The position numbers were made by a program, and so were the translations under genes. Under the pieces are notes generated by a model. The model worked only from the letters and a program-made list of their open reading frames with translations. It was not told the origin of the DNA and did not search any database. 26,169 nucleotides of DNA, taken from Leptospirales bacterium. GTDB lineage: Bacteria > Spirochaetota > Leptospiria > Turneriellales > JAOUFE01. This document shows positions 8,483 to 15,237 of this stretch, one piece after another (position 1 is the stretch's first letter; each line of letters starts with the position of its first letter). Location: positions 1 to 26,169 of the forward strand of contig JBEQLE010000048.1 of the NCBI GenBank assembly GCA_040326155.1, written 5' to 3'.

Positions 8483-8876
8483 TTACCGGAGTAAACTCTC
8501 TTTCAACGGTTGTTTGAATACCGCCTCGAACATTGTATACGGCCCGAACTTTTACATAACGAGGAAAGGCGGCTTTCACCAGATCGTCGAGAACTTTATT
8601 AACAACGTTTTCGTGAAAAATTCCAAGGTTGCGGTAAAAAACAAAATACTCTTTCAAGGATTTCAATTCGAGGCAATGCTCAGAGGGTTTGTAATCAATA
8701 TAAATAATACCAAAGTCTGGCAACCCTGTTTTTGGACATATGGCTGTAAACTCAGGTATCTCAAACTGAATTAAATATTCTTTATCGTGATAGATATTTT
8801 CAAAAACTTCTATAGAGGGAGTTTCTAGTTGGAGGATGTCGTTTTGTTTACCTTCATACTCACCTCTTTTCATCAT
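8472..8876 (-). CDS. queF: NADPH-dependent 7-cyano-7-deazaguanine reductase (preQ1 synthase), unimodular type
   Basis: PEFTAICPKTGLPDFG, ELKSLKEY, GIFHE and NVRGGI. Confidence 0.95.
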   Translation of the reverse strand: MMKRGEYEGKQNDILQLETPSIEVFENIYHDKEYLIQFEIPEFTAICPKTGLPDFGIIYIDYKPSEHCLELKSLKEYFVFYRNLGIFHENVVNKVLDDLVKAAFPRYVKVRAVYNVRGGIQTTVEREFTPVNEV

Positions 8877-9273
8877 TTATTTCCCAGTCAATAAATTGAT
8901 CCCAACTGGTTTCAACACTTCCTTTTCCTTGCCACGCAAAACCTATATTTCGTTCTATTTCAGCGTCGCCAGAGTGCTCGGTCCACTCGATAGAGCCTGA
9001 AAACAGACCACAAGCTTCACTGTAGTCGATAATACGAACTGCGCTGAGAGTCGCCTGGGGAAACTCATGGGCGAGTTTTCGAAACAGACGTTCCACATAC
9101 CCAAGGGACATATGAACGGAAACTTCTTTGTCTGGAAAAATAAGATGAGGAATTTCTGGTAGAGTATCGCGAATATCAGACCTTTTTAAAGTAGCCTCAT
9201 CGCCCGACGTTCTTGTACTTGTGGTTGTTTCTACAATTTGTTCAAAAGAGAGTTTTTTCGTTTCTATTTGCAT
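8860..9273 (-). CDS. Hypothetical protein, first gene of the queF operon
   Basis: 137-aa ORF overlapping the queF start. No family recognised. Confidence 0.65.
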   Translation of the reverse strand: MQIETKKLSFEQIVETTTSTRTSGDEATLKRSDIRDTLPEIPHLIFPDKEVSVHMSLGYVERLFRKLAHEFPQATLSAVRIIDYSEACGLFSGSIEWTEHSGDAEIERNIGFAWQGKGSVETSWDQFIDWEINDEKR

Positions 9274-9353
9274 GGTCCGGTAAGAACCAGCGTCGAAGAT
9301 GTCCCTTCAATCACTTTTATGGTTTTTTGTAGCTGACTGATGAGCAATTTTCA

Positions 9354-9440
9354 TTATGAAAACAGTTTTATGGGGGGAAGTTTCAAATCACTAAAAGGGA
9401 AAGGAACGACAACGACATCACCCTTTACAAATATTGCCAA
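9354..9440 (-). pseudogene. Truncated MazF/PemK toxin
   Basis: TTG start overlapping the antitoxin end; translates MAIFVKGDVVVVPFPFSDL-KLPPIKLFS*. The first 19 aa match the PemK N-terminal GD(V/I)VxVPFPFSDL motif, but the expected KxRPALV is absent. Not in the ORF track. Confidence 0.8.
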
Positions 9441-9619
9441 GCCAGATCTTCCTCAGGACTGAGCCAATCTTTTTTTAATGCACTTTCGGCAAGGCCCAAC
9501 GTTTCGAGTTTTTCAGTTTTATTCTTCGATTTAATAAACTCAATAAAATCGATCACTTCATCTAAAAGCGGCTCAGGTAAAGCTTTGATTTCTTGCACAA
9601 TATAATCTCTTTCGCCCAT
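9425..9619 (-). CDS. DUF2281-like putative antitoxin
   Basis: IVQEIKALPEPLLDEVIDFIEFIKSK and AESALKKDWLSPEEDLAW, typical of small antitoxins preceding PemK toxins. ATG 9619 preferred. Confidence 0.8.
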   Translation of the reverse strand: MGERDYIVQEIKALPEPLLDEVIDFIEFIKSKNKTEKLETLGLAESALKKDWLSPEEDLAWQYL

Positions 9620-9681
9620 TGGTTTCAAGTAAACAAAATTCATTGTAACGGACAACTAAAAAATTTTTATTTCTTCTCCCT

Positions 9682-9770
9682 CACTAGTGTTCGGTTCAGA
9701 GTAGCAAAAATAATCCCCGATTTTTTGCAGAAACCGGGGGTTTAAAGGATTTTAAACGTGAAACACACTA
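9682..9770. mobile_element. Degenerate MITE-like element / IS end
   Basis: CACTAGTGTTCGGTTCA (9682-9698) is identical to 24169-24185. A partial inverted counterpart TGAAACACACTA ends at 9770, giving TAGTGT...ACACTA termini. Confidence 0.4.
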
Positions 9771-9801
9771 ATATTTTATTTCAAAAGATCAAACAACCTC
9801 C

Positions 9802-9927
9802 TTATCTCAAAGAAAATAAATAATTTCTTGGGGTTACAGAAATGCCTCTTTCCCAAACTTCATAATGTAAATGTGGACCTGTACCGCGACCGGTATTACC
9901 TGCCACGCCATATTCAACCCCTTTTTG
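9802..9927 (-). pseudogene. M23-family metallopeptidase C-terminal remnant
   Basis: Hand translation gives *QKGVEYGVAGNTGRGTGPHLHYEVWERGISVTPRNYLFSLR*. It contains the G.TG.STGPHLH(Y/F)EV signature; an in-frame stop lies upstream and no HxxxD is present. Confidence 0.85.
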
Positions 9928-10139
9928 TTAGAAAATTAAAAACAGCGAGAATCGCTGACTGATGATGAGGGTAAAAACTTCATTCTACGATTCATAGCTG
10001 TAGTGCGGTTGAATACCGAACTATTTACCCGGCTCAATGTATACCTTAACACTTCGAGGGTACAGGTTTCGTGGACAGCCAATTTATTTTGTTTTCTTTA
10101 TAGATGCAATATCGATTGACCGGGCGGAGCTGGCAGTAA

Positions 10140-10970
10140 ATGTTCCATATGGTTGTTTTCTTAATTCTGGTTGCTTCGTTATCTGTGATGAGTACTATAA
10201 TAGTTAGTCTGCATAATCGGAAAATTCGAGCGGAGCTTGCGAGTTTACAACATTATGAACGCGCCGCGAGTAGACTGATTTCAGAAAACGAGAGTATTAC
10301 AGATGAGTTTGTACTCGATTTTCTGGAGACTCTGCTTGAGATGGCGATACAATCTTATATCATTTTTCGGTTGTCGTCGGGTAATTCCCAGATTAAATAT
10401 ATATTGGCCGAAACGTCAAACATGACGCATCTACAATCAGAGATTGTAATATCGAGGTTGCTGGGTAAATACCGGTTTGAACCCTTACCGCTAGAATCTG
10501 TTGAAACATTTTCTGTGGAAAAAATAATAAAAGATGCGGCGCAGTTGTCGCAGGTGAAAGCAAAAAAAATCGTCCACGCACAAAATACGCCTGTTGCTGC
10601 GAATACGCCAACTGTGGTTAAAATGCCTATGGCAATGGCTCGTTTTAGTTTGTTTTATCTATTTATTGCGGCTGATCAAGTGTCTGGTAAAAATGACATT
10701 CATGTGAGCTATAATTCATCTGAGCAAGGGGTGGAGGTAATAATAGAAGTGACAACGGAGGCTGGATTAGAAAGATCAAGAGCGTATCAAATGTGCATTC
10801 AAAGTGAGGGTGAGAGTGAATATGCGCGTGAAGATTACCTTAGCTCCTTTTCTCCAGGGTTGGAATTAGCTAAAAAACTCACCAGAATCTATAAGGGTAA
10901 AATAATGATTCGCGGTAAAGAGAATAGAGTGGAATTTTTAATTCAATTTCCATTGCACCGGCATAAATAA
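10140..10970 (+). CDS. Membrane-anchored degenerate histidine-kinase-like protein
   Basis: N-terminal TM helix. C-terminus SPGLELAKKLTRIYKGKIMIRGKENRVEFLIQFPL resembles the HATPase_c G2-box tail. No recognisable H, N or G1 boxes. Confidence 0.55.
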   Translation: MFHMVVFLILVASLSVMSTIIVSLHNRKIRAELASLQHYERAASRLISENESITDEFVLDFLETLLEMAIQSYIIFRLSSGNSQIKYILAETSNMTHLQSEIVISRLLGKYRFEPLPLESVETFSVEKIIKDAAQLSQVKAKKIVHAQNTPVAANTPTVVKMPMAMARFSLFYLFIAADQVSGKNDIHVSYNSSEQGVEVIIEVTTEAGLERSRAYQMCIQSEGESEYAREDYLSSFSPGLELAKKLTRIYKGKIMIRGKENRVEFLIQFPLHRHK

Positions 10971-11087
10971 ATTTTATTTTTCCAAAAAAGACCGCCATTT
11001 TTCATAAAAAAGACTTAAAAACGAATTTTCTTATTTGCAATATACCTTAGTGTATTATCATAGTATAATATTTGTAATAATTACTAA

Positions 11088-13619
11088 ATGGATATTATAG
11101 AAAAAGAAAAAATCACCTACCTGTTCAAAAACAGTCCAAATGGGTTGCTGGTTAACTTCCTTATGTCTGCTCTGGCATTTGCCGTGCTTTGGGGGGAAGT
11201 GGGTCACCAGTATTTGTGGGGGTGGATAGCCGCAGTTTATATTATAAATATCGCGCGAATTTTCCAGGTTAAATTGGTATTCAAAAGGATTAAAACCGGG
11301 AATGAACCGGTAGAATCCTTAAAAAAACGGGAAAATCTGTTTTTCGCGCTAAGTGTATTATCGGGTCTTGCCTGGGGTTCGCTCTCTTTTGTACCTGTAT
11401 TTGAAAACGGCATTATCAATTACGTTTTTATTGCATTTATTCTCGGGGCAATGGCAATCGGATCTTTACCATTGCTTTCCATTTCACCCAAAATCTCGAT
11501 ATCGTATATTCTACTCACTCTGGTTCCCATATCTACTCGTTTGTTCTGGTTTGGCGAACCTATGTTTCTGGTAATGGGAACGATGGCCTTGGTATTTATT
11601 GCCATAGCGCTCTTGTTCGGTAAAAACCTGCATACACTTCAAGTAAACTCGTTTGAATTAAAAAACTCGAATGTAAGCCTTATAAATGACCTGAAACATG
11701 CCAATGAGAAACTCGAAGACAAACTTTATCAACAAATGAAAATTTCTGAAACGATTCAAGAAGCATATGAGTTTGAAGCCAGCATTATGGACAACTCTTT
11801 AAGCGGTATTTATGTACTCGATTTAAATGGGGAATTTTTAAAAAGTAATTCGGCGATTGAAAAAATTACGGGTTTTAATAAAGAAGAGTTATTCGGAATG
11901 TCGTATAAAAATGTGATACATGAAAAAGCCGTTAACGAAGTAGTAAAATTATTTAAAACGATCATTACCGAAGGCGCGACAATTCGAGAGTTTAAAACCA
12001 GATTAATTCGTAAAAATGGTTCCCATGCAAATATTATATTCACTGCCTCTCCGATACAAAAGTCAGGAAAAATTGTGGGGGTCTTGGGCAGCGTTGAAGA
12101 CGTGACCTTACCGCATCGAGTCAGAATACTTGAAAAGGCCAGATTAAATATGCTGGAGATGCTTGCCTCGGGGCAATCTCTGGAGAATATTCTGGAGATA
12201 ATTATTGATAATATTGAAAAAGTGAACGAAGATATGATCTGTTCGGTTCATTTGCTGGATGAATCAGGAAAAAAACTTTTACATGGAGCGGCCCCTGGTC
12301 TGCCAGAATTTTACAATAAATATATTCATGAATTATCCATCGGACAAGACGTGGGTTGTTGCGGAACTGCGGCGTATACGAAAAAACGGGTGATCAGTGC
12401 AAATGTAAGGGAAGACCCGAAGTGGGTAAATTTTCAAGAAATTACAGAAAAGGCGGGTCTTCAAGCATGCTGGTCGCAACCCATTCTAGGTAAAAAAGAT
12501 GAAGTTTTGGGAACTTTTGCGATCTACTTTAAAAACCCACAGACGCCCGATGGTAATGACATTCAGGTTATTGAAGAGTGTTCCCAGATTGTTCAAATTG
12601 CTATTGAACGAAAACAAATGGAAAACGAGATGATTATGCAAAACAAAGCTCTGTCGCTTCTTTTTGATACATCTTCTGTGTTGATACAGGCAGGCAAACT
12701 AGACACCTTGTTTGAAGAAGTTTCTAAAAATCTGGCGGGCCTGGAAGAGTTGAAAATTTCAAGACACATTAAAATATTTCAAAAGGGTGAAGATGCTCTT
12801 GAGTTATTATACGATAATAAAGAAAATGTAAAACAAGGCACCCGGGTTAACAGATGTGCAAAAGTCCAACCGGGGCAGTGTCTTTGTGGAAAGGCGCTAG
12901 AGACTAAAGAGGTCATTATATCGTTTAATTCACAGGAAGATGCGGAACATACTTTAACCGATGAAAACTCGGAACCGCATGGGCATATTATTATTCCATT
13001 AATAGGACGGGATGGTATTAACGGGGTTCTTTGTTTATATACCGAAGTTAGACACATCAGCTTAAATCAGAGTATCCATAAGATGTTTCATTCGCTGGGA
13101 CGCCAGATTGGCATACTTTTGGAAAACGCAGCTTTGATGGAGGAATTGCGGGCTCGGTCCATATACGATCCTCTTACGGGTTTATCGAACAGGTATCATA
13201 TGAATCTGGTTCTTGATAAATGGTTACCCCGTGCGAAAAGAGGTGATTTTCCAATTAGTGTCGTTCTACTTGATATCGATTATTTTAAAAACTACAATGA
13301 TACGTATGGACACAACGCAGGAGATAAAGTTCTTTTGAAAACTGCTGTTATTATTGAAAATGAAATTCGCGAAGAGGATATGGCAGTTCGTTACGGAGGG
13401 GAGGAATTTTTAGTCATCCTTCCGGATACCCCAGTGCAAAAGGCCGGGGAAATTGCAGAAAGAATTCGTAAGTCGATGGAAAATGCAAAAATTGTAACGG
13501 TCAGCGCCGGCGTCACGTCCTTGAAATCGGGAGATAATCTTGAGATGTTAATTGAAAAGGCCGACAAGTATCTTTACGAAGCAAAAAGATCAGGTCGAAA
13601 CAAAATAATTTTAAAGTAA
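11088..13619 (+). CDS. Diguanylate cyclase: membrane sensor-PAS-GAF-GAF-GGDEF
   Basis: About 5-6 TM helices, PAS (NSAIEKITGFNKEELFG), GAF (GCCGTAAY...ACWSQPI), second GAF (CLCGKAL), DPLTGLSNR, DIDYFKNYNDTYGHNAGD, and RYGGEEF with RxxD I-site (REED). Confidence 0.95.
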   Translation: MDIIEKEKITYLFKNSPNGLLVNFLMSALAFAVLWGEVGHQYLWGWIAAVYIINIARIFQVKLVFKRIKTGNEPVESLKKRENLFFALSVLSGLAWGSLSFVPVFENGIINYVFIAFILGAMAIGSLPLLSISPKISISYILLTLVPISTRLFWFGEPMFLVMGTMALVFIAIALLFGKNLHTLQVNSFELKNSNVSLINDLKHANEKLEDKLYQQMKISETIQEAYEFEASIMDNSLSGIYVLDLNGEFLKSNSAIEKITGFNKEELFGMSYKNVIHEKAVNEVVKLFKTIITEGATIREFKTRLIRKNGSHANIIFTASPIQKSGKIVGVLGSVEDVTLPHRVRILEKARLNMLEMLASGQSLENILEIIIDNIEKVNEDMICSVHLLDESGKKLLHGAAPGLPEFYNKYIHELSIGQDVGCCGTAAYTKKRVISANVREDPKWVNFQEITEKAGLQACWSQPILGKKDEVLGTFAIYFKNPQTPDGNDIQVIEECSQIVQIAIERKQMENEMIMQNKALSLLFDTSSVLIQAGKLDTLFEEVSKNLAGLEELKISRHIKIFQKGEDALELLYDNKENVKQGTRVNRCAKVQPGQCLCGKALETKEVIISFNSQEDAEHTLTDENSEPHGHIIIPLIGRDGINGVLCLYTEVRHISLNQSIHKMFHSLGRQIGILLENAALMEELRARSIYDPLTGLSNRYHMNLVLDKWLPRAKRGDFPISVVLLDIDYFKNYNDTYGHNAGDKVLLKTAVIIENEIREEDMAVRYGGEEFLVILPDTPVQKAGEIAERIRKSMENAKIVTVSAGVTSLKSGDNLEMLIEKADKYLYEAKRSGRNKIILK

Positions 13620-13710
13620 AATTCAAGGTTGCAAAAAGAGGGCGTCACGTCAGAACGTCAGATTGGTAAAATTTGATTTGACAATGGAACGGTGAATTCC
13701 ATCTTCCGGG

Positions 13711-14214
13711 ATGAGTAAAAATGAAGCTGACAATAGTAACAACACGAATAAGAGTAATGAATTTTTCTACCATGAAATTCCGAGTCAAAAAAACATTGCC
13801 CTTGTTGCCCATGATAATCGCAAAAAAGATCTAATTGATTGGGTAAAAACCCACCAGGGTACTTTAAAGAATCATACTTTATCGGGTACGGGTACAACGG
13901 GTAGTCTGCTTACGGAGGCAACCGGACTCGAAATAAAATGTTTTGCCAGTGGGCCGCTCGGAGGGGACCAGCAAATTGGAGCTGAAATATCTTATGGAAA
14001 TATTGACCTGTTGATTTTCTTCTGGGATCCTCTTGCCGCCCAGCCGCATGACCCTGACGTGAAGGCGTTGCTGCGTTTATCAGTCCTGTTTAATGTACCT
14101 ACCGCGTGTAATCGATCTTCTGCTGATTTTCTAATTGCAGCTGAACATTTTCATAAAAGTTATACGAAACGAGTTGTCAATTATGCGGCAAAAAAACCAA
14201 AACCGCCTGTTTAA
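13711..14214 (+). CDS. mgsA: Methylglyoxal synthase
   Basis: IALVAHDNRK, GTGTTG, SGPLGGDQQIGA and FFWDPLAAQPHDPDVKALLR. Confidence 0.97.
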   Translation: MSKNEADNSNNTNKSNEFFYHEIPSQKNIALVAHDNRKKDLIDWVKTHQGTLKNHTLSGTGTTGSLLTEATGLEIKCFASGPLGGDQQIGAEISYGNIDLLIFFWDPLAAQPHDPDVKALLRLSVLFNVPTACNRSSADFLIAAEHFHKSYTKRVVNYAAKKPKPPV

Positions 14215-14567
14215 GAACTGCTCTCTTCCATTTCGTCGTCGTAGATTTCCCCACCGGCGGTATCCGATACAATGCTGTGAAAATCGACCCTGAACCACTC
14301 ATTAAAAGCTTTTCGATTGCGTTTTTCAGGCCAAAGCGATTCATCGGTGTACCAGGCATTCAGCTCATTTTTAAACAGAGTTTCATAGTTCAGATCCAGC
14401 CAACGATCCAGAAATTCTCCGTCTTCTACCGAAATTAGATATACAGTCCCTTCGGACTCTGCGTTTTCATCTTCAATTTCAGAATTTTCACTATCCGGAT
14501 TACATTTGTCCAGCCACTGTAAAAACGGCTCTTGATATTTTAATATAATTGCACACCTGTTTACCAT
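14211..14567 (-). CDS. Conserved-looking acidic hypothetical protein
   Basis: 118 aa (NR.AIILK...PFLQWL ... FKNELNAWYTDESLWP..R...F.EWF). AAGGAAG RBS; stop overlaps the mgsA stop. Confidence 0.8.
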   Translation of the reverse strand: MVNRCAIILKYQEPFLQWLDKCNPDSENSEIEDENAESEGTVYLISVEDGEFLDRWLDLNYETLFKNELNAWYTDESLWPEKRNRKAFNEWFRVDFHSIVSDTAGGEIYDDEMEESSS

Positions 14568-14691
14568 TGTTCTTCCTTACGAATAAATAATTCTATGTTA
14601 ACCTGTTTCATACTCTATTGCTTTGTTTAGAGTTCACACGCATAGTAGAAAATATTATTCAAACAGTCTAATATTCACATATAATAATTTA

Positions 14692-14719
14692 TTGCCGTCA
14701 GGTCTCAATTTTTTATACT
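14692..14719 (+). promoter_or_regulatory. Sigma70-type promoter candidate
   Basis: TTGCCG (14692-14697), 16-bp spacer, TATACT (14714-14719), with AT-rich upstream sequence. Confidence 0.5.
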
Positions 14720-14724
14720 GCCGG

Positions 14725-14789
14725 TTCGAGAGCCCGGATCTCCTTGCGAGAGCTTACCCTGAATACCTATCACCGGGCTTTCTTTTTTT
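14725..14789 (+). ncRNA. Candidate ~65-nt small RNA or attenuator leader
   Basis: Begins just after the promoter. Stem GAGAGCCCGG (14728-14737) / CCGGGCTTTC (14773-14782) encloses a small CTC-CTTGC-GAG hairpin and is followed by T7. Family not recognised. Confidence 0.4.
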
Positions 14790-14793
14790 AATG

Positions 14794-15074
14794 CACAAAA
14801 AAGTCCTTCGGCTTTTTTGTGTCGCTTCGTTCGATTATCATTTAAAGTTTATCTGTTTTCAAAAAGCGTGGTTTTTGAAAACCTGCTTCGTAGTATATTA
14901 CTAAAAAGTCCTTCGGTTTCCTTAGTCCGTCAAAAAATCCTTCGGTTTTTTGAGCGTCGCTTCGTTCGATTTTCGTTTAAAGTATTTTGTTGCCAAAAAA
15001 CGTCGTTTTTGGCAACTCGCTTCGTGGTATTATATTAGCTTCGTTCGATTATTGTTTGAAGTTTATCTGGTTTT
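14794..15074. repeat. Structured repeat array: two ~135-bp units plus a partial third, made of hairpins followed by GCTTCGT
   Basis: GCTTCGT at 14824, 14885, 14959, 15019 and 15038. CCTTCGG loops at 14805, 14910 and 14939. Hairpins at 14794-14821, 14855-14882, 14900-14926 (degenerate), 14930-14953 and 14989-15016. Confidence 0.85.
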
Positions 15075-15237
15075 AAATACTTTCGCTGACACAGGAAGGT
15101 GTTGTGTGACATTCATATTGTTTCTACTCTTTTATCTAAATTAGGTATTTTTTGATGATATTAATGACACAATAGGGTATTTTATATTTACATTCCTAAT
15201 CAGTATACAGTTATAGCTTAGTCTTGGAAAATATTTC

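Noticed and set aside
9274..9350. preQ1 riboswitch ahead of the queF operon
   Set aside because: No preQ1-I stem-loop with A-rich tail is recognisable.
13509..13651. 11-bp direct repeat GGCGTCACGTC
   Set aside because: One copy is coding, it is too short, and there is no supporting structure.
14721..14737. tRNA T-arm (GGTTCGA) or tRNA-derived attachment site
   Set aside because: No cloverleaf, no canonical T-stem closure and no CCA end can be built.
14794..15074. CRISPR array
   Set aside because: There is no constant 23-47 bp repeat with unique spacers. The inter-motif segments are themselves homologous, and no cas genes are in the window.
14623..15144. Short ORFs 14623-14904, 14817-15038 and 14950-15144
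   Set aside because: They overlap in different frames, have TTG/GTG starts without RBS, and their composition reflects the nucleotide repeats. Covariation favours a non-coding role.
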